This document shows positions 56,945 through 64,000 of a stretch of 64,000 nucleotides of DNA, piece after piece. Position 1 is the stretch's first letter; each line of letters starts with the position of its first letter. The notes beneath the pieces were generated by a model that saw only the letters and a program-made list of their open reading frames with translations, made no database searches and was not told the DNA's origin. The position numbers were made by a program, and so were the translations under genes. The stretch lies in NCBI GenBank assembly GCA_031398975.1, contig JANNOI010000004.1, positions 7,961-71,960 on the forward strand. Reading direction: 5' to 3'. The DNA is from Alphaproteobacteria bacterium. Lineage in GTDB: Bacteria; Pseudomonadota; Alphaproteobacteria; Caulobacterales; Aquidulcibacteraceae.

Positions 56945-57765
56945 ACAAGTCCGGCCGGGCCCCACATCGTGAGCCCGGCAAGGTGCTGATCCTCCAGCGC
57001 GGTCAAGCCCCAGAGCGCTGCAACCCCGCCATAGGCCGGATAGAGCGGGCTCGGCGCGAGGCTCAACACCCCGCCCAGCATGCCGCTGTGCACGAACGTC
57101 GCCAACACGCAGAGCGCGCCGAGCGCCGGGGCGTTGCGCCGGCTGAGCGCGGCCCGCCAGAACAGCAGGGCTGTGACCAGGAAGCTGACATGCTCGCCCG
57201 TGTGCACCCCCTCGTCCGCCAGCGCGGCCTCGAACAGGGCGGGCGCGTGCCAAGCCCAGAGCGCGAGCGCGTGCAGCGCCGTCGCCATGCCCGGACGCGA
57301 GAGGCGATCGCCCAGCGCCCGCAGCCAGCGCACGGGCGCACGCCTAACCTGCCCGCGCCAGCTGCGCGGCAGCGCCCAGAGCCAGGCCGTCATCGGCGCG
57401 CCGAGAACGAGCAGCGGCGGCGCCAAAGTCGTCAGCACGATGTGCTGCAGCATGTGCGCCAGCAGCAGGGTCTCGCCCAGGGCGTCGAGCGGCGAGACGA
57501 GCGCCACGACCAGCAGCGCCTCCCCGCCCGCAAAACACCAGACTTGGCCGCGCGTGACGATCCGCCCGGCGCCGGCGCGCGCCCAGGCGCGCAGCACGCC
57601 GCGTCCGTAGAGCCAGTGGCCCAACACGAGCGGCGCGAGGATCCAGGGATCGAACGTCCAATGGTGGGGCCAATCGGCGGGCCCCACCGGCGCGCCGCCT
57701 GCATGCGCGGAGGCCGGCCCCGCGCAGGCCCAAGCCGCCAGCGCACAACCGATCAGCGTCCTCAT
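56809..57765 (-). CDS. ctaG: Cytochrome c oxidase assembly factor CtaG (caa3-type, COG3336)
   Basis: Signal/TM helix, then HHWTFDPWILAPLVLGHWLYGRG and multiple TM helices with conserved His (LLAHMLQH..). The start ATG 57765 overlaps the upstream cyt c stop (ATGA). Confidence 0.7.
   Translation of the reverse strand: MRTLIGCALAAWACAGPASAHAGGAPVGPADWPHHWTFDPWILAPLVLGHWLYGRGVLRAWARAGAGRIVTRGQVWCFAGGEALLVVALVSPLDALGETLLLAHMLQHIVLTTLAPPLLVLGAPMTAWLWALPRSWRGQVRRAPVRWLRALGDRLSRPGMATALHALALWAWHAPALFEAALADEGVHTGEHVSFLVTALLFWRAALSRRNAPALGALCVLATFVHSGMLGGVLSLAPSPLYPAYGGVAALWGLTALEDQHLAGLTMWGPAGLVYLCAFLALMSGALTPGALTSGALGLRGGESAGIMRESTSSLSMK
56879..56923. repeat. 15-bp tandem repeat x3 (gcgcctgRcRtcagc)
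   Basis: gcgcctgacgtcagc / gcgcctggcgtcagc / gcgcctgacatcagc. Lies inside the 136-bp convergent overlap of the cyt b561 and ctaG ORFs. Confidence 0.85.
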
Positions 57766-58385
57766 CGCCCCTCGAGATAGCGCGCGATTGCGGCGATCTC
57801 GTCCTCCCGCAAGGGTCGGGCGGCGGCGCCCATCTGGTCGCGGGGATCGTTGCGGCGGCGGCTGTCGCGGAAGCGGTTCAATTGCTCGACGGTATAAGCG
57901 TAAGGCTGGCGCGCCAGGGCGGGATTGGCGAGGCCTTCGCCCTGCCCCGCCCCGCCATGGCAGGACGCGCACGCGCGCACGCCCCGCGCGCGATCGCCGT
58001 TGGCGTAGAGGACGGGCGCCGCCGCAGCGAGCGGGGCGGGCTTGTCTAGCGCCGCATAATGCTCGGATACGGCCTGCCGGTCAAAGTCTGACAGACGCGC
58101 CACGACCGCGGCCATAACCGGATCGGCGCGGCGGCCGTCGGCGTAATCGCGCAATTGCTTCTGCATATAGCCCGCCTCCAGGCCCGCAAGGCGGGGCGCA
58201 AGGCCTGCGCCCTCGCCGCGAAAGCCATGGCAGGTGAAACACGCATCCCGGCCCCCGCCTGGGCCTCCGCCGAAGGCGATCTGCGCTCCCGTTGGCGGGG
58301 CGGGCGCAGCCACGATCGGGCCGCACGCGCCGATCAACAGCGCCGCCGCGCACGCCCATGCCCTCGCGAGACCCATCCGCCGCAC
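57762..58385 (-). CDS. Dihaem c-type cytochrome (c4-like), probable lipoprotein
   Basis: Two CxxCH motifs (CFTCH, CASCH) and a signal peptide with LIGAC. Confidence 0.8.
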   Translation of the reverse strand: MRRMGLARAWACAAALLIGACGPIVAAPAPPTGAQIAFGGGPGGGRDACFTCHGFRGEGAGLAPRLAGLEAGYMQKQLRDYADGRRADPVMAAVVARLSDFDRQAVSEHYAALDKPAPLAAAAPVLYANGDRARGVRACASCHGGAGQGEGLANPALARQPYAYTVEQLNRFRDSRRRNDPRDQMGAAARPLREDEIAAIARYLEGR

Positions 58386-58426
58386 CGTTTGCGCGGCCGC
58401 CCTGCAAGGCGCGCGCGCATGAGGCT

Positions 58427-58453
58427 GGAACTCCGCGGCGGCTTCGGAGTTCC
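58427..58453. promoter_or_regulatory. 9-bp perfect inverted repeat (GGAACTCCG-N9-CGGAGTTCC) in the divergent oxidase promoter region
   Basis: Seen directly in the sequence, between the cyt c start (58385) and the coxB start (58508). Confidence 0.35.
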
Positions 58454-58507
58454 CTTGCCGGAGGCGGTGGATGACGCGCGCGCGATCTCAGACCAAAGTC
58501 ACGCGCC

Positions 58508-59452
58508 GTGGCTGACAGGGCGTGGACGCATTCGACGCTCGACCCGGCAGGCCCGTTCGCCGCCCCGCTCGCCAATTTGTCCTGGGTGCTGTTCGCCATG
58601 GGCGCGTTTGTGCTCGCGGTGGTGCTGGCCGCGCTTAGCGTCGCGCTGTTCGGGGGGGAGCGGGCGCGCGCCTGGGTGTCCGGCCATCGCCTGGTGCTGC
58701 TCGGGGGTTTGGCTTTTCCGGTGGTGGTGCTCAGCGCCGTGCTGATCTACGGCCTTGGCGTGACCGCGCGCCTCACCGCGCCGCCGGCGCCCAGCGATCT
58801 GCGCATCCGTGTTATCGCGGAGATGTGGTGGTGGCGCGTGCTCTATCTCGAGGGCGACAGGGTCGCGTTCGAGACGGCCAACGAGATCCGCGTGCCGGTG
58901 GGCCGCACGGTGCGCTTCGAACTTGAATCCGGCGACGTGATCCATTCCTTCTGGGCCCCGCGCCTGGGGGCCAAACTCGACATGATCCCCGGCCGGCGCA
59001 ATGTATTGCGCCTGCAGGCTGACAAGCCCGGCGTGTATCGCGGCCAATGCACCGAGTTCTGCGGCGCGGCGCATGCGCTGATGGCGTTCGAGATCGTGGC
59101 GCTGGCGGCCGAGGGTTTTGACGCCTGGCGCGCGGCCCAGGCCGCCCCGCAGGCTGAGCCTGACACGCGCGGCCGCCAGGTGTTCGCCGCCGCAGGCTGC
59201 GGGGCGTGTCACGCGGTGCGCGAAGCAGACGCGCGCGGCGGCGCGGCGAACGGCGCCATGGGCCCTGACCTCACGCATTTCGCCAGCCGACGCACCATCG
59301 CGGCCGGCATCCTCCCGAACGATCCCGCCACGCTGCGCCGCTGGATCAACGATCCCGACGCGATGAAGCCCGGCGTGCGGATGCCCTCCTATGAGCGCCT
59401 CTCCGAGGCGGACCTCGAAGCGGTGGCGCTTTATCTGGAGAGCCTGCATTGA
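58508..59452 (+). CDS. coxB: Cytochrome c oxidase subunit II with fused C-terminal cytochrome c domain (caa3-type)
   Basis: Two N-terminal TM helices, a CuA centre (HSFW...CTEFCGAAHALM), and a C-terminal CGACH haem c site. Confidence 0.9.
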   Translation: MADRAWTHSTLDPAGPFAAPLANLSWVLFAMGAFVLAVVLAALSVALFGGERARAWVSGHRLVLLGGLAFPVVVLSAVLIYGLGVTARLTAPPAPSDLRIRVIAEMWWWRVLYLEGDRVAFETANEIRVPVGRTVRFELESGDVIHSFWAPRLGAKLDMIPGRRNVLRLQADKPGVYRGQCTEFCGAAHALMAFEIVALAAEGFDAWRAAQAAPQAEPDTRGRQVFAAAGCGACHAVREADARGGAANGAMGPDLTHFASRRTIAAGILPNDPATLRRWINDPDAMKPGVRMPSYERLSEADLEAVALYLESLH

Positions 59453-59607
59453 CGAGCGAAACCGGCTTCGACCCGGCGCTCTATCGCCGCTTTCCCACCA
59501 AGGAGAGACATACATCGCTATGTTTCTGTATTTACTATATTTTTTATGATACACTCTTCTGCACGGGGTCTGCACAGGTACGGCGAATCAAGGACTTAGG
59601 CCGCTGA
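59449..59607 (+). pseudogene. Possible 5' remnant of the oxidase subunit I gene, truncated at the island junction
   Basis: A TTG overlapping the coxB stop (TTGA) opens MTSETGFDPALYRRFPTKE in host-like GC-rich codons. At about 59505 the DNA turns AT-rich and the frame reads RHTSLCFCIYYIFYDTLFC.. to a stop at 59607. No subunit I gene follows. Confidence 0.35.
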
Positions 59608-59625
59608 CCTGCACGGATTCTGCAC
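59558..59625 (+). repeat. Four phased YCTGCAC direct repeats (two pairs, 11-bp intra-pair spacing, 50 bp apart) upstream of the integrase gene
   Basis: TCTGCAC at 59558, TCTGCAC at 59569, CCTGCAC at 59608, TCTGCAC at 59619. Each pair has the form CTGCACGGnnTCTGCACAG. Confidence 0.7.
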
Positions 59626-59640
59626 AGAAAGGGTAAGGTC

Positions 59641-60921
59641 GTGGCGTTTATAGCCGATAAAGAAGAGCTGAAACCGGGGCTGGTGATTTTCCGCCGCGCG
59701 GACGTGGCGCACCGCAACTGGTATTGCCGCGTCAAGCTGCCGAGGCTTGACCGCTACAAGACGATTTCCCTCAAAACATCTGACATTAGCCTCGCGCGCG
59801 AGCGCGCCTTTGACCATGACGCGGATGTGCGGTTTCGCATCAAGCATGACGTACCGGTTTTCAACCGGTCTTTTGCGGATGTGGCGGAGGAGTTTCTCAA
59901 ACTCCAGGAGCGGCGCGCGGCGACCGGGCAGATCGGCGCGTCGCGCGTTGCCAATATGCGCTCTGTCATCAACAACCCGCTTCAAACCTATGTTGGCACG
60001 ACGCAGGTTCACTTGATCGGGCAGGACAAATGGCGGGACTACCCGACCTTCCGGCGCGAGAAAGGCAAGGGTAGAATCCGCGAAATGGTGAGCGAGTCGA
60101 CCATCCGCTGGGAGACGGCGATTTTTCGCGCGGTGATGAATTTCGCGGCAGACAAACGCTATATCGGCGAACACCAGCGCTTCAAGGAAATGCCGGCGCT
60201 TAAAACCATGCGGCGCGATGCGTTTACGCTGGAGGAATACAGGGCATTGCACACGGCGGGGCGTGCATGGGTGAAGCGCGCCAAAAGCGAGCGCTGGAAA
60301 TGGTATCGCACCGTTACCTATAATTTTGTGCTCATCCTGTGCAACACGGGCATGCGCCCGCCAGAGGCCAGAAACTTGCGCTGGCGCGATGTATCGCGCA
60401 CCGCCGATAGAGAAGGCCGTGACATTGTTGTGCTCAATGTGCGCGGCAAGGGAAAAACGCGTATGTTGGTTGCGCCCGCCAGCGTGGGAGATTACATCGA
60501 CCGCGTGCGGAAGATCTCAAAAGCCACACAGCCAGACGACCATGTATTCACTAACCATGACGGCGAACGCTCCATCACGCTTTATGCTAAGAGCATTGAA
60601 AACCTGCTGAGAGAGGCGGAGCTGCTGACTGGCCCCTCGGGCACGCCGCGCACGACGTACAGCTTCCGCCACACCTACGCGACATTCAGACTCGCCGAAG
60701 GCGTCGATGTATACTTCCTTGCTGACCAGATGGGCACGTCTGTTGCCATGATTGAAGATCACTACGGGCATGTAAATACGGTGAAGCACGCCGACCTTGT
60801 GCTCAAAGGCATGGGTGGGTGGGATACGAACACGCCCCAAGCACCGCTGACCGAACCGCAACACAAAGCCAAACGCGCGAGCAAAGAGCGCGCCCAGCGC
60901 CACGACCAACGCCGCACTTAA
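59641..60921 (+). CDS. int: Tyrosine-type site-specific integrase
   Basis: 426 aa. Catalytic residues R (NTGMRPPEAR), K (VRGKGKTR), HxxR (SFRHTYATF) and Y (IEDHYGH). GTG start at 59641. Confidence 0.9.
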   Translation: MAFIADKEELKPGLVIFRRADVAHRNWYCRVKLPRLDRYKTISLKTSDISLARERAFDHDADVRFRIKHDVPVFNRSFADVAEEFLKLQERRAATGQIGASRVANMRSVINNPLQTYVGTTQVHLIGQDKWRDYPTFRREKGKGRIREMVSESTIRWETAIFRAVMNFAADKRYIGEHQRFKEMPALKTMRRDAFTLEEYRALHTAGRAWVKRAKSERWKWYRTVTYNFVLILCNTGMRPPEARNLRWRDVSRTADREGRDIVVLNVRGKGKTRMLVAPASVGDYIDRVRKISKATQPDDHVFTNHDGERSITLYAKSIENLLREAELLTGPSGTPRTTYSFRHTYATFRLAEGVDVYFLADQMGTSVAMIEDHYGHVNTVKHADLVLKGMGGWDTNTPQAPLTEPQHKAKRASKERAQRHDQRRT

Positions 60922-61443
60922 GTCACCACATACCAAAACCATTTGCTGCCGGCGATAAGCGTCTCGCGCTGCGATACGCCGCCTGCATGCGCCATTTGCC
61001 TATAGACGCATTGCCGATAGCGCAGCCTGCGCGATCAATCGGCCAAGCGGCCAGCCCAGCGGTGGAAACAGGCGCGCTGAGCCTCAGCAAGCGCCCCGCC
61101 GGTGGGCTTTTGCTTCAGCCCCATCCGCAGCATGCGAAACAGATGGGGCGTTATGCTCCGATCAACGCTTTTACGGCCGCGTTGGGTTTTTGCGCTGCGC
61201 CATTGGCGCCGTTGCGCCCGTGTCATTCGAGCGGCTTTTTATTGGTCGCAGGTTGGCGCGGCTCCGCCGCTGGTCAACGCGGCTCGCTTCCTCCGTTCCG
61301 TCGTGCAGCGCCGCCCCCCGCCTGCGGAACGCGGGCTCTCATCAATTCGGGCTTAAGGCGTGTGACCAGCGGCTGCATGCGCCGCGCCCTGTGCTCCCCA
61401 TCAAGCCGCCGGAATGACCCGGCGGTGCAAACAAGGAGCACCA

Positions 61444-61974
61444 ATGACCCACCCTGATTTAAAACCAACAGCGCCGCGTATTTATGTTGCGTGTTTGGCC
61501 GCCTACAATAATGGCCTGTTGCATGGCGCCTGGATTGACTCCAACCAGAGCGCTGACGCGATCCGGCGTGAGATTGCCACCATGCTCAAGGCCTCGCCCA
61601 TGAGCGGCGCGGAAGAATACGCCATCCATGATTACGAGGCGTTCGGCGGCATCCGCATTGAGGAATATACAGGGATCGATGAAGTTGCAGCGCTTGCGGC
61701 TTTCGTGGCCGCGCACGGCGCATTAGGCGCCGAGGTCTACAACCATTACGGCGATCTGGATGAAGCGCTGCAAGCGCTTGAAGAACGCTATTGCGGCGTG
61801 TTTGAATCGGTCGCTGCGTTTATGGAACAGCACGCGTCCGACACCAGCGATGTCCCGCAGCACATTCAATATTACATCGATTGGGAACGCATGGCGCGCG
61901 ACGCTGAGCTAAGCGGCGATATCTTCACCCTACAAACCGCATGGAACGAAGTGCATGTATTCTGGGCGCAGTGA
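61444..61974 (+). CDS. ardA: Antirestriction protein ArdA (DNA mimic, anti-Type I R-M)
   Basis: PRIYVACLAAYNNGLLHGAWID, EEYAIHDYE and YYIDWERMARDAELSGDIF align by eye with Tn916 ArdA. A good SD (AAGGAG) precedes ATG 61444. Confidence 0.85.
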   Translation: MTHPDLKPTAPRIYVACLAAYNNGLLHGAWIDSNQSADAIRREIATMLKASPMSGAEEYAIHDYEAFGGIRIEEYTGIDEVAALAAFVAAHGALGAEVYNHYGDLDEALQALEERYCGVFESVAAFMEQHASDTSDVPQHIQYYIDWERMARDAELSGDIFTLQTAWNEVHVFWAQ

Positions 61975-62286
61975 AGCGCGCCTGCCCGCGCCGCCGCCTT
62001 TAGTCGTTCAACCTGGCAGGCTTTGGGGCGGCAGGCGGCGTCGCCTTCGGCTTTGGCCGCGCGCAAGGGCTGGCCTTGCGCGCCACCCCAAAGCCCGCCC
62101 GGTCGGTTGACGACCGACGGCGGCTCCAAAGATCAGCACGTGAGATTTACGCGCGCGGGGGTTCCCCGCGCAGAAAACATAAGCGACCTCAGGCTCACCA
62201 AAGATCAGGGAGAAATCCGAGCCCCAATCGCGGCCCGCACAAGGCGGGCGGCGCTGCGCGCCCGCGATTGCCGAGCGATTTAAGAC

Positions 62287-63003
62287 TTAGCTGGGAGCAA
62301 AGCTCGCAGCTGGAAATAGCTCGTTTCGTCCCAGTGATGCAGCAGCGGGAGTTTGTGGTCGAGCACCAAGCTGCGCCGATATACGCTCCATCACATCAAT
62401 ATCCATCTCGCGTTCGAGCGCGTCGAGTTCATCAGGCGTGACATCTGTGTCATTCACGCGCTCACGCACATGGTCGAGCTTTTCCTGATATTCGATAATG
62501 TCCCGCCGCTCTAGAAGAAGGCGATCTTGTTCAGCCCCTAGTTCCTGAAACGACTCCCACGCCGGGGTGTCGTCGCGAATTTCATTTGCAGAGATAACTT
62601 CCGCGCTGATTTCAACGCCGTGTTCATCGAACAGCCGCATGCCGTCTTCTGTTCTAAACACGCGTCGGCCATCCGGGAGAACATGCGCCTGAAGCAGAAG
62701 CTGCTCCCGCGCTTCGCGCACGCGGCGCAGGTCCGCCTCGTTTTCTGTCAACGCCTGCACGACGGCCGCGTCATAGCGGTCCAGCTTTTCTTCGAGTTCC
62801 GCAATGCGCTCTTCAATGCTCTGCGTCATATTGAGATAGGTTGCCGCCAGTTCGATGCCGTCATCATCCGCCGTTCGCCGCACCGATTCCTCGCGGCGCT
62901 CTTCTTCTCGCAATTGAAAGCGCGTTTCCTCGCGTTTCAAATCCGCAAGGCGGTTAAACTCTTCCAGCGTTGGCGTGCGCGCTCTAAGCATCAGCCTCCG
63001 CAT
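62287..63003 (-). CDS. Hypothetical acidic coiled-coil protein (island cargo)
   Basis: 238-aa ORF (or 234 aa from ATG 62991), very rich in E/R/D/L heptad-like sequence. No family recognised. Confidence 0.45.
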   Translation of the reverse strand: MRRLMLRARTPTLEEFNRLADLKREETRFQLREEERREESVRRTADDDGIELAATYLNMTQSIEERIAELEEKLDRYDAAVVQALTENEADLRRVREAREQLLLQAHVLPDGRRVFRTEDGMRLFDEHGVEISAEVISANEIRDDTPAWESFQELGAEQDRLLLERRDIIEYQEKLDHVRERVNDTDVTPDELDALEREMDIDVMERISAQLGARPQTPAAASLGRNELFPAASFAPS

Positions 63004-63377
63004 TTTGTGTTAGCGAGGGTTGCGACGAGTCGCCCCGGAGACGCGTCGGGATAGCGCTCAAAGGTGGCGTGGATGCTGCGCAAAGAGCGACCGGCATCGC
63101 TATAAAACCAATCGTAGATGCAGTCGCGCCCTCCGGGAGTGCGATTGTCTCGAACAAATCTCGCCCACGCTAATCCTTCGACGATGCCAGCCAGATACGC
63201 GGTGCTTTCCTGGCTGCTCATACGCGTGAAAATTGTTCCAGCCGTCATGCTGTCCAACTGTGCAGCAGGTGTGAGCATGCTTTCCTGCCCAAACGCTGAA
63301 GTGTTACCGCAGACCAATACTACAGCGGAAGCTGCAGCTATCTTGGCTGAACTAGAAACGTCTTCCCGAATACCCAT
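62991..63377 (-). CDS. Hypothetical small secreted protein (island cargo)
   Basis: 128 aa with a signal peptide (..AAASAVVLVCGNTSAFG/Q). The mature protein is about 98 aa with 2 Cys. No family recognised. Its stop overlaps the start region of the downstream ORF. Confidence 0.45.
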   Translation of the reverse strand: MGIREDVSSSAKIAAASAVVLVCGNTSAFGQESMLTPAAQLDSMTAGTIFTRMSSQESTAYLAGIVEGLAWARFVRDNRTPGGRDCIYDWFYSDAGRSLRSIHATFERYPDASPGRLVATLANTKCGG

Positions 63378-63525
63378 CGAAAACGACCGTTTCTGTTAAT
63401 ATTTCCATAACGTTAATGAGTTATACTTCCTGAAGCTAGTAAAATAAGCAAAATTACGGAATCGCGGCTCTGCCGTCGCCTTCCGAAAAACGCGCTGTTG
63501 GGGCGCACAAAAGGGGTCGTTTTCG
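63378..63525. repeat. 11-bp perfect inverted repeats (CGAAAACGACC / GGTCGTTTTCG) flanking a 126-bp AT-rich spacer
   Basis: Left copy at 63378-63388, abutting the ATG of the secreted-protein gene. Right copy at 63515-63525, 46 bp upstream of the serine recombinase ATG. A degenerate third copy (CGAAAAACGCG) lies at 63484-63494. Confidence 0.75.
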
Positions 63526-63571
63526 CGGCATACGTCCGTATGCCCATGAAACCGCCCAAAGCGACTAAAAC

Positions 63572-64000
63572 ATGAGGAAAATTGGCTACATGCGGGTGTC
63601 CACCCGCGAGCAATGTGTCGACCGCCAGGTCGATGCGCTGACGTCCCTGTGCGATGAACTGCACGTCGAACGGCTCTCGGCCTGCAATCACAAGCGGCCC
63701 GTCTATGCCCGCGTCATGCGCGGCCTGAACGCCGGCGACACACTGGTTATCCTCGACCTCGACCGCGCCTATCGCTCCACCGTTGACGCCATCACTGAAA
63801 TGGAAAAGCTGAAGGCCAAGGGTGCGTTCTTACAGATTTTGAACTTGCATCTCGACACGTCCACGCCCAGCGGCTTGCTGGTTTATACCATCGTTGCCGC
63901 CTGCGCGGCGTTCGAGCGGCAAATGCTCTCCCAGCGTACCAAAGAGGGGCTGGCCGCCGCCCGCGAGCGTGGGCAGCGCCTTGGCCGCCCCTGCAAGCTC
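63572..64000 (+). CDS. Serine recombinase (resolvase/invertase family), 3' end outside the window
   Basis: Absent from the track because it is open at the edge. My translation gives MRKIGYMRVSTREQCVDRQVDAL...GDTLVILDLDRAYRS...LVYTIVAACAAFERQMLSQRTKEGLAAARERGQRLGRP, the canonical catalytic domain with YxRVST..Q. Confidence 0.85.
   Translation, partial: MRKIGYMRVSTREQCVDRQVDALTSLCDELHVERLSACNHKRPVYARVMRGLNAGDTLVILDLDRAYRSTVDAITEMEKLKAKGAFLQILNLHLDTSTPSGLLVYTIVAACAAFERQMLSQRTKEGLAAARERGQRLGRPCKL

Larger units (their letters stand above)
59510..64000. mobile_element. Integrative element (genomic island / ICE- or IME-like), left end only; continues past the window
   Basis: Abrupt compositional break at about 59505-59640, then a tyrosine integrase, ArdA anti-restriction, unknown cargo and a serine recombinase. 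The left boundary is approximate and the right end is not in the window. Confidence 0.6.

Noticed and set aside
56027-57253. 408-aa minus-strand ORF, and 58499..59575 (358 aa) antisense to cyt b561 and coxB
   Set aside because: Arg/Gly/His-rich shadows. The opposite strands carry bis-His cyt b561 and CuA motifs.
59520-59549. Mini-ORF ATG TTT CTG TAT TTA CTA TAT TTT TTA TGA (MFLYLLYFL) at the island junction
   Set aside because: The nearest GGAG is about 15 nt upstream, too far for an SD. It is most likely a by-product of AT-rich junction DNA.
60819-61457. 212-aa ORF crossing the integrase stop, plus 61035..61226, 61102..61356, 61190..61417 and 61274..61468
   Set aside because: Mutually overlapping, low-complexity, with no SD or motif support. 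The region is treated as unassigned (see the finding for 60922-61443).
62019-62096. Nested GC-rich hairpins downstream of ardA (10-bp stem at 62059-62083 inside GGCTTTGGGGCGG / CCACCCCAAAGCC)
   Set aside because: There is no U-tract on either strand, so I could not call it a terminator. It may still be a Rho-dependent or structural element, but the evidence is too thin for a feature.
63413-63691. 92-aa minus-strand ORF over the AT-rich spacer and recombinase start
   Set aside because: It is antisense to the canonical MRKIGYMRVSTREQ N-terminus of the serine recombinase, and its own sequence is featureless.
1-64000. tRNA, rRNA, tmRNA, CRISPR arrays, and an integrase target tRNA at the island junction
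   Set aside because: I scanned all intergenic gaps longer than 60 bp by eye. None shows a cloverleaf-like sequence, regularly spaced direct repeats or rRNA-like conservation. A tRNAscan/Infernal run would be needed to exclude them formally.

Overview
This is a very GC-rich chromosomal segment whose gene content and synteny look alphaproteobacterial (irr, DUF1465/DUF1192 pair, NDUFA9-like gene, spoT-rpoZ, pyrE-pdxJ-acpS-lepB-rnc-era-recO-parC). That assignment is an inference; no search was run. I support about 60 protein-coding genes and found no rRNA, tRNA or CRISPR array by eye.

Layout:
- 1-9.7 kb: accessory and regulatory genes (ABC transporter fragment, S9 peptidase, ECF sigma, HAD/RpiR/GpdQ-like trio, large LuxR/MalT-type regulator).
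- 9.8-16.5 kb: a frameshifted sensor kinase, then a lipid-linked glycosylation module (GT-C/DUF2029, GtrB-like GT2, acyltransferase-3, TM plus beta-propeller protein).
- 16.5-33.9 kb: housekeeping genes.
- 33.9-44.7 kb: mixed genes, including an orphan dcm-vsr pair and an irr gene next to a rubrerythrin/Fe-S(CCG)/DUF3501 operon carrying a perfect Irr-box palindrome.
- 44.8-56.0 kb: a Wzx/Wzy-type exopolysaccharide locus.
- 56.2-59.5 kb: an alternative haem-copper oxidase cluster (cyt b561, ctaG, dihaem cyt c, coxB).
- From about 59.5 kb to the window end: an AT-richer integrative element (tyrosine integrase, ArdA anti-restriction, two unknown genes, serine recombinase). It appears to have cut off the oxidase subunit I gene.

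The most unusual signals are on this element. One is an 11-bp perfect inverted repeat pair bracketing a 126-bp AT-rich spacer next to the serine recombinase, a candidate invertible switch or res site. The other is four helically phased YCTGCAC repeats upstream of the integrase.

Many long ORFs in the track are Arg/Pro/Gly/Ala-rich antisense shadows typical of high-GC DNA, and I rejected them. The track also uses GTG/TTG as starts, so several 5' ends are trimmed by hand and remain uncertain.
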